A DNA stretch of 64,000 nt, taken from Squalus acanthias. Its lineage: Eukaryota. The notes beneath the pieces are model-generated. The model ran no database searches, was not told where the DNA came from, and saw nothing but the letters and a program-made list of their open reading frames with translations. Positions 21,628 through 35,000 of this stretch are shown piece by piece (positions within the stretch are counted from its first letter, which is position 1; the number at the start of each line of letters is the position of its first letter). The translations under genes and the position numbers were made by a program. Location of the stretch: contig CM059438.1 in assembly GCA_030390025.1 (NCBI GenBank), positions 88,288,001-88,352,000 of the forward strand, read 5' to 3'.

Positions 21628-22073
21628 GGTGTCAGCTGTGGCTCAGTGGGTAGCACCCTCGCCTCTGAGTCATAGAAGGTTGTGGGTTCAAGTCCCACCT
21701 CCAGAGACTTGAGCACAAAAATCCAGGCTTACACTCCAGTGCAGTACTGAGGCTGTGCTGCTCTTTCGGATGAGATGCAAAACCGAGGCCCCGTCTGCTC
21801 TCTCAGGTGGACATAAAAGATCCCACGGCACTATATTGAGGAAGAGCAGGGGAGTTCCCCCGGTGTCTTGACCAATATTTATCCCTCAATCAACATCACT
21901 AAAACAGATTATCTGGTCATTATCACATTGCTGTTTGTGGGAGCTTACTGTGTGCAAATTGGCTGCCTGCATTTCCTACACTACAACAGTGACTACACTT
22001 CAAAAGTACTTAATTGGCTTTGAGATGTCCTGAGGTCGTGAAAGGTGCTATATAAATGCAAGTCTTTCTTTTC
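21628..22073 (+). mobile_element. Near full-length DeuSINE (SacSINE1/AmnSINE1-like), nested in an older SINE-like repeat
   Basis: Pol III A-box TGGCTCAGTGG (21639-21649) and B-box GTTCAAGTC (21686-21694); Deu core gatgagatgcaaaaccgaggccccgtctgctctctcaggtggac; L2-like tail tataaatgcaagtctttctt. Confidence 0.88.
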
Positions 22074-22270
22074 TATCTTCAAGACAGGAGAGGAAAGGGC
22101 GTGGAACATTGGGGAAAAATAACAGTTCTGCCGTCTAGGAATCAGATTTAATGTTCTCTAAACTAGCAGTTATGCTTTAGAAAAACTATTAATGGTATAC
22201 ACTACAAGACAAGACAGCAGGTTGCACCATCATTGCTCAACTCCCCTTTACATAGCTCCTTAAAGATAAC

Positions 22271-23029
22271 GGGCCAGAAATTCGGCTCTCCGGCTTGCTG
22301 CGGGTGCAAGCATCGCGCGCGTACTTACCTACTGCGCCTGCTGTTGTGCTTCGGGCCCACGAGGACTTCGGGTCCTGGGCCTCCTGCAGCTGCCGGCACG
22401 CAGTGCTTGTGTATCCCAGGGGCGCAGTTAGTTCGAAGCATCCCATGGGGTCACGTGGGCCATGGAGAGCCAATCGGAGCAGGGCATTTTCATTCATAGA
22501 TTTGACAGGAAGACCTGTCAAATCTATGAATAGAGATCGGCCCCAAAACCACACTTAAACTTCAAATACATTTTTTAAAAAATCACATTTTTAAAATAAC
22601 TATAAGTTAAATAAATTAACTACTTTAAACAAAAATTTAAATTTTTGAAAAAATTAATTATACTTTTTAACGGTGCTAAAAATAAACTTACCTTTCTTTA
22701 AAGTATGTAATAATGATAAACCTGTTGAAAAAATGTTTCAATTGTAATTAACCACTTACCTTGTTAAAAACAGGCCTTGCACCTCCTTTTTAAAAGTGCA
22801 GCTTCTCCATACTTACCCTCACGGAGAAACCTGAAAAAAAAAACGAAGTTCGCTGCATGCGCGCTGCCTCTACCGCGCACGTGTTCAACTTCTGAACCCC
22901 TCCCTTCAGGGGAACGGAAGTTCCGGTTTCCCGCGCATGCGCAGTGCATGTGGGAAACCGGCACTTCAGGTGGCCTTACGGGTGAGTACACAGCGCATAC
23001 TCACCCGACAAGAGCCGAATTTCTGGCCC
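22271..23029. mobile_element. Non-autonomous PIF/Harbinger-like DNA transposon
   Basis: Perfect 19-bp TIR GGGCCAGAAATTCGGCTCT / AGAGCCGAATTTCTGGCCC; 3-bp TSD AAC (22268-22270, 23030-23032); CpG-rich arms and AT-rich centre. Confidence 0.88.
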
Positions 23030-23734
23030 AACATTTTTGGCAGGGCTAATTAATTAATGTTTTATATATTAATTATTTTAGAATTTTCATCTCTGTTCTT
23101 TGTAGGTTCTTCCACCCATCAGAAGACCTTACATTATTTCCTGACCAAAAGAATTCCCAGGTGACTTGTTTCCTGCACCCTGTTAGTATTGTTCATGAAC
23201 TGGCTATTAGGAGTTCAGCAGGAATTGCAAAATTATTGTCTTCATGTACCTTTCTGTGAATCGTGACCATTATTTTGAATTACGATAACCTCTTGAAATC
23301 TCCAATCCATGTAATTTCAGCATTTCAATTTGAAAGTGTTATTAGCACTTTTGTTCCCATTTTTCCCTCATTCTCCTCTCCTGAATGTGGTGGCTCATAC
23401 TGTGGTATATTTCCACCAGGGCTTTCCCCCTTTTCCCTTTTCCCTCTCCCCCCCGCCCCCTCAACATTACGCAAATAATTATCCTTCACCTGTGAATCTA
23501 GGCAGTGTGTGTCAGAAGGCTGGTTACCAGTTGAACGAGGTTTGATATGGTTTTCACCTGTTGCAGACATAGAGTTTTCAGCAAGAGTAACTGGACAGTG
23601 ATCAGGTGTAGGAATGCTGACTCTCCTTCCGAGCCTAGGGCTGCTAGGGACCAATTATAACACCAAATTGTCACCTCTGTCAAGATTGATTGACTCAATA
23701 TAATTGACAGCGCTTCTTAGTTTATTGAGACTCT

Positions 23735-23928
23735 CTCCCCCAAAAAGCTGTTGAGGCTAGGGGTCAATTGAAAATTTCAAAATTGAGACTGATAGATATT
23801 TGTTAAGTAAGGGTATTAAGGGTTAAGGAACCAAAGCAGGTAGATGGAGTTAAGATGCAGATCAGCCATGATCTAATTGAATGGTGGAACAGGCTCGAGA
23901 TGCTATATAGCCTATTCGTGTTCCTATG
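23735..23928 (+). mobile_element. CR1 3' end fragment; similar tails at about 46620-46860 (-) and 48140-48418 (+)
   Basis: aagggtattaagggtt...gatcagccatgatctaattgaatggtggaacaggctcga...gttcctatg, matching the tail of the CR1 at 3506. Confidence 0.8.
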
Positions 23929-25649
23929 AGACCATAGCAGATATTATAAAACATTTCAGCTGAAAGAAGGAAAGTTGGTTTCTTTAACTCAATCTCTAGG
24001 TTCAATGTCCTTTCAACTGCGTGAGCTTTGCTTTATGACACAATCTGAACCACTTGATTAAATGACAGAACTTTGAAGCATCTATAACTCTATGTATAGC
24101 TTTCTCGCAGACTGTGACACTAAAGTCTTGAACTGGTGCTGTTTACATCTCATAACTAATTATCCTAATCTCCCTTTAGTGCTTACGTTTATGCCATTCA
24201 ATAGCAGGACTCACCTATTACATTTTACAACTCGTTACACTTCAGTTTTTCCATTTCTCATCTGAAGTTAATCCACTAAAAACAATTCATTTTATACTGA
24301 AACTATTAAATAAAAGTCTTTTGTAGGTTTTGGATTGGTAAAAATATAAAATTTCACATCTATTATCAATAATGATGACAAATAATAAGGGAAATATGTA
24401 AGGTGAATAGCCTCACCCACTGATGAAAATTCTTATCTGGGTAAATGGGTTCATAAATTGATGAGCAGACAGATAAAGTCTAAAAACACCGAAACAGAAA
24501 CATTAAAAGACAAATATTTATCAGTGCAATGCCTTGTAGTCTGAGGCATCATTTACCTCCTTCTCTCTGTCCCTATTTCTTTTTTTCTCTCTCACTTTTC
24601 TGTTCTCGCCTGAAGGCTGACTCTTGCAGAAGTACAGTTCTACGGGTGTCTGTAGCCTTTTAGTACCTCGCCCATGTGATCATCCTCAACAGTGAATGTT
24701 GGCAGGCTATTTGACTATGGTAGCATCACGTGTGAGCCAGATCCTCCTTTTGTCCAACAGCTGAGCCTGGCCGACTTTGACCCTGTTCAAGAAAAATAAA
24801 AGCTGGAAGTTCATTCGTGCCAGAGGTTTTTATTTGAACTGCTGTAAGATACTTTTGGCCTCCACTTTTCTGTGTCTGCGACTCGGTGTCCTCCTCCTCT
24901 TCCTACCCTCTCGCCCGTAAAGTGTCCTTCTATGTGAAGGGCACTATAATAATACGAGTTGTTGTTATTAATTACATTATTGAAGAATTGGAAGGGGTCT
25001 ACAGCTTTCTAAAGAACTCTGCCAGTGATCAGAGAACTCTCGATTGGTTCCGAGACTTCTTGTGTTTAGAATGTCTTTTATGATGTTAACCAGAACTCTG
25101 AATGATTCAGTGTTCTTTCCTGGTTCTCTTTTTTTTGATGAGGGTACAAGCCTGTCTCAAGTTACTTTCTCTTCCTACTTATTCCTGACCAGCAGAAATT
25201 GTGACCAAGAGGACAGGTGGGGATAAAGACCTGGCTTTCAGTCTCCAACCCGAGTGTTCTTAGCTAGCCATTAAGAGATTTGCAGCATTCTAACATCTCT
25301 CCGTGGGAAGTGCGTAACCTCTACACAGGTCTTCTCCTCAGCAGTGTGGCTGACCATTGGAAACTTGGTGCTGAACCTCCAGCCACCACTGCGTGATGCC
25401 ATCCTCCCTTCGATATTCCTACAACTCTACATTCACAGAAACCAGTAATAGATTATAATAGCAACGTGGCCTTTCTCCTTCATTCCAAAGGACAGCCTAA
25501 CGTGTCAATGAGATAAAATTACAGGGACAATATTCTTTTAAAACAACTCCCTTCCATCTTTTTCCCCCATAGCAGAAGCTCAAACTCTTGTCCATTTGCA
25601 TTGGAATATTAACACAGCATTATAATTGAATCTGATGGATATTGCTCAT

Positions 25650-26030
25650 TTTCCCCAGTTTTCTTCCCTGCTTTTTTGAAGACGTTGACTCAGGCTGGGG
25701 TACAATTTCACCCAAATGTCCATTCTTCATGTGTCAGCCTAGACGGTATCAGCAAGCTATTGAATTATGACGGGTGTCAACGTTCTCTGATTCTGGCTTA
25801 AGCTGATGGACACACATATGCAGTTTCCCAACTGGGGTCACTGGGGAATGAACCCTAGTTAATTTCTCCCCTTCCCTGGTCCAGTGACTATGAAGCCAAT
25901 TGTAGTACCCCCCGCAGTAGTGCCTTGGCTGAGATCAGCTAACTCAGCACAGACTCGTGATTGAACCAGGGATCTCCTTGTTCTGTATGTTTGATTGCAC
26001 ACTAGGCGATGCATGTGCTCACATCTATTG
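25650..26030 (-). mobile_element. Old unclassified SINE-like family; other copies at about 11950-12150, 13175-13340, 14800-14950, 15010-15140, 21480-21625, 23370-23650, 24600-24780, 30140-30420, 30900-31240, 35830-36190
   Basis: Recurrent motifs ccattcttcatgtgtgagcctagac, ggctgagatcagctaactcagcacagac and attgaacc(a/t)gg. Confidence 0.6.
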
Positions 26031-26729
26031 GGGGAGGAGGGAGACTTGAGCCAACACCAATGTAGTTAATATACACATTCTCAGCAAAGACCCGTGGAGT
26101 ATCCTTGTCACTGATATAATAATGCACTCACAAATCCAGCAGCTCGGACTGAGGTAGGTTCAAGGGACTGTATGGACCTCTGTAACATAGGGGTGTTCAG
26201 AAAGAGGCTGGATGCTGCCAAAGGATAGTTAGGACCGTAAAGGGATGAGCTTCAATGGGCTTTTCTTATCCTTGACTTTTTCCATGTTCTGTAAGATACC
26301 AGACATGTTTACTAGTGGAAAGATTATACAGATCAGAGGGTGGAAAAGCCCGTGTATCTGTCCTGGATACCAATTTGAGCCATTCCACCATCTGTGCCCT
26401 TTTTTAGGTTCAGGTTAGTGGGGTGTCATTGCTGTCCAGGGCTGGCATGCGATTTCTTATCATTGCCTTCAGTCGCCTTTGACTCCAGTCCTGCTGAATT
26501 CTTGGTCTCATTTTGAGACTCTCATTATGCCCAGGTAACTTCTTGACTTTGCGGATCAGCTGAAAAGCTTCTTCTATTTTATCTATACTACTATTGTACT
26601 TTTAACAATCTTGATGACAAATTGTATTATTCTGATTGGTTAACTTATACCGGTTATATTGATATGCTGGTCTATTTCCTAAATAGTCAAAAATTTAAAA
26701 AGTGATAAGACACACTCATGACTTGATTG

Positions 26730-27000
26730 ATAGGACACAATGGTCTTTTACCTCTGGAACCTAGGTTGAAATCCAGCCCAGGTTTGTGGGATGAAAGTTT
26801 CCTTTAGGTGCTGGCTGTCTCAATCCAGTTCTTAGTGGGCAGGGGTCTTCAGCACTAAACAACCCTTAATTAAGCACTAATTGGCAATGTCACTCAGACT
26901 GACTGGTTGGTGTTCGAAATGGAAGAAAATGTCAGTGTGCAATAAGGGGTAAGATATTGGGAACATGGGACAGAGTAGAGGGAGCTTTACATCTGTGTGC
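26730..27000 (+). mobile_element. LF-SINE-like element
   Basis: ttttacctctggaacctaggttgaaatccagcccagg...gtctcaatccagttcttagtgggcagg...gcactaattggca matches recalled LF-SINE blocks (GGTTCGAATCCAGCCCAGG; GTCTCAGTCCAGTTCCTAGTGGACAGG; GGCACTAATTGGCA). Confidence 0.7.
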
Positions 27001-29500
27001 ATTGTAAAATGCTAACAAATTAGTAAAATAGTCATGGGAGGTGTAAACAGTCAGTCAAGAATACTCATGTATATCTCAACAAACCAAAGGAAACACCCAG
27101 TCTTAATAAATATCACTGCACTCCAGTAGCATCAAAGATATTTAATGTTTAAATGGCCTATTGACTACTATGTTAAGCTCTAACCTATAAGAAAAAGTTT
27201 AAATTGGCATTCAGAATTGACATTTACAGTCAGCCACTCTCTGGGTTGTCTGTGGTAAGGAAGGATAATGGAACAGAGGAGAATCATTTTTCCACAATGG
27301 TCAAGCAGGCTTCTTCATGGGTCAGCCAAGGAGTGACATGGATGGTGTTCATGGACATCTTTATGATCTGGAGCTTTTGGTCCTGAGACCCAAGGAGAAT
27401 AATGTGGGGTAGGAGGTGGACGAAAAATAAAGAATTGGTGACGGAAGGGGTCGCAGAAGTATAAACAAATACTAAAAATAATCTGATTACTAATCACCGT
27501 CAAGACAGCGTTAATTCTTCAGGTCACTAAGGATTTGAAATTGTGACTTTGAGATTCTTTAAAACGACACAAAAATAAAATGGAACACACTTGACTTGTA
27601 AAAGTCACAATAAACACACACACTTGTTTCTTCATGTGTAATAGTATCATTTTTAATATAAAAATGTGACTTCAGCAGTTAAAACAGTTCAAACAAAAGA
27701 GATACAGTCAGGTAGTTTAACACCATTTCAGGTAACCAAATGAAATAATTAATCTTTTTAAAATCTGGTTTGGGCAGCTTTACATCAGAATACTCATGGA
27801 ACTGGATCATCACATTTTTTTCCCCCTTTAATTTTTTGACGACAATCTCCTTGATGAGGTCAGAACTTGAGGCAGCAATGCTCCTGTGCAAATGCAAGTA
27901 CTGTATACATTATGCAGTAAAGGGTCAAACCTGGAACCTTCTTGAGCAGTACACTTAACAACTATGCCTAACTTTTCTTTAAATCACAAAATACACCGGT
28001 TTCTTTAAGAGCAGTATTGTTACTGTCCTAGGATTTATCAAACTAACCTCCAATGAAACCTCTTGACTGTGGCAGTACTAATTCTTCACCTGTTGCTATT
28101 TAATCCAATTTTGTCACCCTTTCCCCACATCCAATTATATTCTTCCGTTTCTAATAACCTTTGGTATCAAAATAATCTAATTTACCATTTTGTTCTTCCA
28201 GCAATAATTCTAAGTCTATGCCTTCTTGTTGCCAATTTGCCAACAAGTAGAAACAATCTTTCACTGTGCACCCTCTCAAAACCTTTCATAATCTTGAAAA
28301 GTTATATAATTTAAAATGGAAGTATGTGCTAAGTTGAGAGAGAGAGAGAGAAAATGCTACGTGGTGCCTTAAGTTTCTGGAAACACTTTATAAAGTTCAG
28401 ACATCAAGGCTTAAATAAAGTAATTTTTGATGTTGCTTTACAAGATGTAAAGCTGCCACTATATGATATAAGATACCGCATCATCTTAAAGTGGAGGGTG
28501 CGAACTAGGAAATAGGAAGAAAGCTGCAGAAACAGGGTGTAGTGAAGCTATGAAGGGATTTGTAGATGAGGACGCAGGTTTTGAAATCAATGTGTTGGGG
28601 GATGAGGAGTCAGCAAAGGTAGAGTCATAGGTGGGCAGAATTTAGTTTGGAGTAGAATCCAGGCAGTGGAGTTCTGAATGAGTTGAGTATTGAATGATTT
28701 GGGAGTTTATGTAGATTGGACTTGGGAGACAGTTACACAAAAGCATTGTAGAAATCAAGCCCGAAGGTGGTAAATGTACAAATGAGAGTTTCAGTGGTGG
28801 AGCGATGAGTTAGGGGAGGCAAGTGATGTCAATAATAAGCCACCAATATGCATTTAGTTATATATAATTGTAGATAAAATTGAAAGATTTCTACAATTAT
28901 AGTAACATGTGCATCCACTACAGAAAGACCAATGTCAATAATTACAATCATTTCACATCGGTATTTTTGAGTTGACAGTGGCAGCATTTTGCCTTTAGTC
29001 TTCACAGTTATGGCCAAGTCATTCTGTACTGTTAAGGCTGTGCTGTGTAATCAGTAGCACAATTTGAAATTTTATAATAAACCGCATCAGATACATTACC
29101 ATGGATCGTTGCCTGGTTCAAATCAAATCATAGAAACTAGCCTGAGCACCCAGCACCATTTAAAAAAGGTAGGAAGAAAGCTCCTGGGGAACTCTTAAAT
29201 AAAAAGACAAATGCTAAAAATAAACAGCACATCTATTAACAGCTGGAAAGAGAAATATATTAGCTTTCTGGATAGAGACCTTTCATCGTAGGACCACAGA
29301 TTGTTGCGCACAAACACAAAAGCTACAAAATTTAAACATTCTTACTTTGTTTTTTAAATGAGCAATATTATGTACAAAGTGTTTCAGGCACAAATAAGAT
29401 TAGGGGCAATTCCAATTTGCCACAATCCTCAGACAGGTGAATTAGCTGTAATCTTTGATACTTGAATATCTACTTAATCAGATACAAAAGACTAAATTAA

Positions 29501-29515
29501 ACACACACGTACACA

Positions 29516-29552
<37 letters not shown>
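29501..29552. repeat. (CA)n microsatellite
   Basis: Interrupted then pure AC dinucleotide run. Confidence 0.95.
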
Positions 29553-29555
<3 letters not shown>

Positions 29556-32269
29556 GTTAAATGACTGTTTAGCTTATCCACAATTAAGAAGTCTTGTCCT
29601 TTTATTGAACACGGATCTTTTACTTCTTTAAGCTTTCTCCCATCTCCACTGGTATTTCCCCCCCAATTTGGCTCTCCTTGGTTCCCAGATTAAAAATAAC
29701 TTGCATTTCTATAGTGCCCCTCAGAAACAGGAAACTGTCAAAGTGCTTTATATTGAAGGAAAAAAGTTTTACTTTCGCTAACCTACAAAGTTAGTGATGT
29801 AAAAACTGATCAACAATCAAAACTATACAACTTGAAATTCATTTGATCATTTTGAGAAATGTGACAATTTATTTTAGTGATTTCCAGGTGGTTTAAAATG
29901 CTACCTATTTTCACAGCCTTGCATGTAAAGACAACCCATGGCACTTTTCTCACTGCCTTAGATTCTGGTTACTATTTAAATGGCGGAATCTGTTTCCATG
30001 GATTTCCATAGCAGTAAACAGTATATTCATCATTTGAATTAAAGCAATTAAGTCTGTCAGGATTTGCCTTTAAATTCAATCCCCCAGATTCACAATTAAA
30101 AAAAAACTACTTGGATGTTAACAATGGTAAATTGGTCCCTGATGGCTCAATGGCGTTATCCAGTGAGCAGCTGAAACAGATGAGAAAAGTTGCCGATTCA
30201 ATTTCAGGTCAGTGCTAAGCTAGCTGATTTCAGCCAAGGTGGCAGTATGGGTGCCTCAGAACCCAAGTTACTGAGGCAAAAATCAGCTCGGGTTCCAGTT
30301 CCTGATTCTTGTTGGAAGTGCGTGTTTGTGGATGCCAGATAAGGAAAAGTTCAGGCTTGGCTGCAATACCCTCTGTGGTTGAATTGCCTGCAGATGCTCA
30401 TTTTCATGGCTCACACATAAATGATAGGGAATTCTGGGACCGCAACCTCTACCACCAAGACAGACAAGTGCACCAACCTTTATCGTTGCTGGGCCAAAAT
30501 CCTGGAATTCCCTACCCAACACCATTGTGTGAGCGCACCCTCAGCACAAGAATTGCAGCATTCAAGGCTGCGACTCACTAGCAGCACCTTCTCAAGATAA
30601 CTAGGAATGAGTAATAAATGCAGCCAGGTCAGCATTTCTACATCCCGAGAACAAATTTAAAAAAATGGCTACCTGGGCAATGTACCAGAGGATGGGTGCA
30701 TCACTGCAGAACCAAATGCCTGCAAGGAGAAGTGGTGAGGGAAGAAACTTGGTAAGTAAAGGAAGAAATATCAATCAGTTTAAAACCATTTCTATATATG
30801 TGCACATACATCTCTTCCATATTACTGCAAAGAATACTGTTCTCTGCTCCTACCAACTGAGGTGCTGTATAGTTCACTTATGGCCACCAGCTACACCTCA
30901 AATGCCAGTCTTCCCCCTTGCTGAGGTAGAACTCCATGGCTGCTGGCAGTCTTCCAGTACCTCAGCCAAGTGACCATTTCTCACGTGAGCCTGGACAAGT
31001 AAGTACAGGAGAACTATTTGCTTGTACGAGAGGGGCAACCAGCTAAATCCAATCCTGTTCTCACCCAACTTCCACACATTCATTTTCCAGCTGGAATCAC
31101 TTGATACTGGCCAGGAGCAGGAGCCTTGGTTGATATTTCCCCTCCTTAGCCCAGGGAAGAGACCGAATGTGGTATGTATACTGCCAGTCTGGCTGAGATC
31201 AGTTAACTCCGTATGGACAGGGAATCAAAACTGGAGTTCAATTAAAGAACGAAATCTAGAGATGTAATTTTCACTTAAAAGCCCTGCAATTTATATCTAA
31301 ATTACTCCATGGTGTTCCCACGGGCCTTGCTATGAATACAATTTAAGACAAATTATATTAGCGAGTGTTTGAAAACATGCACATATCAGAAAAAATCTCA
31401 TTTATGGGAAGAGGGAAAAATGCGTTCCATTAACATGCTGTTGCCATGTTAGAACTGAGAAATTACAGGATTTTAATTGGTAAACTGGCCATTTTCAGCA
31501 ACAGACCACTGTGGCAGCACCATTTTTGGTTAATCATATTCCTACCTGAAGCAACAACTATTGTACCTCTTTACTATGTAGTGTGTAATCTCATCATAAT
31601 CTCAGTTTGTGTAGCAACGCTGTGAAAGTCAACATTTAACTCAACCAAGTTGTCAACTGAAATATGGACGACTATGCTTCCTTCATATCGCCAGTGTATG
31701 GTTTTTCCTGTTTGATCGTCATCACTTTTCTTACAACTCAGTTGATTGAAGTCATCCCACACCAAAATAGCCCTTAGCAGCAGTTAATTTTACAAGATTA
31801 GCAACAAATTATACGGATAGAGGTCTCTATAGGTCTGTAATACTGTAAGGGGCCTTTGATTGGTACATACTAACCACGTGGACAATCAGATCCACACAAG
31901 GGCACTTTATTTTCTGGGTTTTTAAGCTTTCTATTTTTAAACTTTTTTCCCCCCCACATTCTTGCCTATTTAGAAAATAATGATTTCCCACCCCAATCTG
32001 CTCAACCCATCCCAAGTACTAGAGACTGCACAGTCTCTACGTCCAACCTGGGCCCACTCTCATTCAGGTCCTGACTCAATTCTACGGTCAACCAAAGATA
32101 CCTGCAGATCAGCTGATCAATCACCAAAATGATCTTGCCACCAGCAGCTGATTCCATGACAGCATGGAACGCCAGGCAAGAGCCTGGGGGTCAGGTGCTA
32201 TATCTTAGATTGAAAAGCTGTTTTTAAAATACAAAAACAATCACCAGTAAAGAGAAAAAAAAGTAACAG

Positions 32270-32850
32270 TCTGGCGTAGTTAGTAGCACTCTGGCGTCTG
32301 AGTCAGCGATTATGGGTTCAGGTCCACGATGGACTTGAGCACATCATCTAGTGGACACTGTTCAGGTTGACAAAAAAGATCTCATGGCAGGATGGGAAAA
32401 GCCAGGCGTTCTCCTTCATTTGGCCAACATTTCTCCCTCCCAGCCAATAAAACATTAGAAGTCAGAGCAGCAACAATTTGCAGTAATATGCATCAAACAC
32501 TGAGGTAAATGGTGAGTTTACATACACTAGAGGGAGAATCATGAGATTTCAGAGAAAAACCACATTTTCATCTAATTTTATACAATTATCTAATATAAAG
32601 TAAATAGAAGGGGAAACTAAGGTGGGGTGTATAATGAACGGCCGATCCGCTATCACCTGTTTCACGCCCCCGAAGTTGAAAGTTCCGCCCATTGTCTGGA
32701 CATGCATTCATTTACCGTTTGTATATCCTTGCTGGGCACAAATTGGCTTCTGCACTTGCCGCACTTTACTTGAAAAGTAATTCCAGTGGTCGTAAAGCTC
32801 CTTCGGCCATCTTAATGAGATAGTAAGGCACTATATAAATGCAAGCTCTT
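32270..32850 (+). mobile_element. Highly degraded DeuSINE interrupted by inserted local sequence
   Basis: Head tagtagcactctggcgtctgagtcag..gggttcaggtcc, core aaaagatctcatggca, tail ggcactatataaatgcaagc. Confidence 0.6.
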
Positions 32851-34689
32851 TTTTAAAGAGGGAACGGCCTGTAAACTTGACCAATGGTGTCTAGAATCTT
32901 AGCCTATCAATTAAACGTATGTCAATAATTCCCGCCCCCCAAGATAGTTTTGGCTGTGAAGTGGGATGGAGAGGGAGGAGGGGAGTCATCTTAATCACGT
33001 CACCTGATACGCGAGTATATGTGGCAGTAACACCAGAAAGTAAGACATTAGAAGTCAGAGCAGCAATAATGTGCAGTAATATGTATCAAACACTAAGGTA
33101 ATGGTGAGTTTATATACGCTAGAGTGGGAATCATAAGATCGCAGAGATTTCAGCGAAAATCACATTTACATCTAATGAGTTATGTATAATTTTATACAAT
33201 TATATAATTTGACACTTAGATTTACATATAGTTTATAATACATTTGTAATATTTATATCTATTCTGATATTGCATATTTTGTACATTCTTGATGCTTATT
33301 CATTCTATTTCAATGGTGATGGACAGGTGACTAACACAAATTTATTTGTAAGAGGGTAGGTGAGGGACGCAGATTTATCTTTTCAATTATTCTTCATTTT
33401 AAATTTACGATCACACAGAAGATCCATTCATTTACTTCAAAAAAAGGAGTATAAACGCAACGCACAATTTCTTAAGATTTTGGCCTGGGAGCCTATTAGC
33501 CTTCACAAAGTTATTTCAGTGTTACTGCAGTAACCCTTTTGACTGATCATCTTGTTTTTAAAATCAGATTCAGTATATAAAAAGGTCACTAGCTGCTTGC
33601 TTTTGCGCATGTGCTTCTATGTGGAGGAATGTCACAATAAGATTTTTTTCCCCCTGTATATCTGTACAATGCCCATTCCAACCGCAGGAGGTGATTAGTT
33701 GATTGTGACCTTTAAATGCTGAACAACGTTAGGCGCTCAACCGTGATGGGAAAATCAGATTGTCATTAGGGAAACCGAAGTCGCTTGTCATGAGAGAGAC
33801 AGACAGACACAGACAAGACAAGACAAGAAAACAGAAAGATAGAAAGAAAGATGAAAGCCAGTATTGAAGCACAGGCAAATAATCAATCACTTCAGTTTCC
33901 AAAGCAGCATCGTGGTCCAAATAAATCACACACAATAATTACAATACTGCAGAAGATGAATAATCTTGCAATTTATTCCTAGCAATTCAACTTATGTAGG
34001 TAAAAATGCCAGATTTTACTATTCTGACGAGGTAAATTAAAAAAAGATGGGTTTATTATTGAGATATCTCACGACATCCCAACTGAGATGTTGACCATTG
34101 GAAAACACTGCAGCTTTAAAATAGGGCTGTTAAGACATGAAATTAACAACATTTCTGGTTACATTTTAAAGAGAAATAAAGTTAAAAGCAGGTTTCCAAA
34201 ACGGAGACTGTGAATAAAGCCTATTTCACAGCATTAGATAATACTTTCTATTGCTTTGATTAAATGTGTAAGCAAAACCAGCATAATTACCGTCACTTAC
34301 ACATTTAATAGGTCAAACAGTCAAAATAACAAACCTGAGAAAGGTGTTGCTACTAGCTTGAGGCATATTCACCCCTGAAGTGAAATCTTAGCATCAATTA
34401 CAATTGAAAAATAACAAAATCTTATACATCCAACTTATGCACGAAGCAAGCCAGTCCTGTTAAAGGCGTACTGCAATAACTATTTCATTCTTAGTGAGTA
34501 AACGGGGATCATTGTAACATTTCCAGTAATTTGGGCATCCAACAGAAATAGAAGCTTAGCACATACATTTGCTTAGGAACACATTAGAACAGAGGCAACA
34601 ATGACCTTGAAGAATATCCTTCCCCGCCCTCCTCCCTGACGGGGAATGTTAGTGTTGGGGGCCAGAACAGTTGACATTTTTGGTACCCA

Positions 34690-35000
34690 GTGTCAGTATC
34701 AAGCTCTCCCAGGTCAGGCATAGCTTGATGCACGGTAAAGCTCCTTCTACTCTGCCCCCAACAATGCACCTCAGTAGAACACCACTACTGCAACAGCGTG
34801 GCAGTTTTTTTTAACCCATGCTTATCGGTGTTAGAGATTGCCAATTAGTACTTAATTAAAAGTAGCTTTGTGCTGTAGGGCCCATGCCCACTAGGAACTG
34901 TCCAAAGTGCTAGCAGACAGAAGACACTTTGGTCCCATCAGTCTGGGCTGGATTTGAACCCAGATACCATAGGTGACAGGCCTGTGTCTAACCCAAGGCC
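34690..35000 (-). mobile_element. LF-SINE-like element, downstream of the LRRC8A stop
   Basis: Reverse complement of the blocks at 26730-27000 (ttgccaattagtac, gcccactaggaactg, ctgggctggatttgaacc). Confidence 0.68.

Noticed and set aside
21628-21700. tRNA-like A/B boxes
   Set aside because: Head of a SINE, not a tRNA gene; no full cloverleaf.
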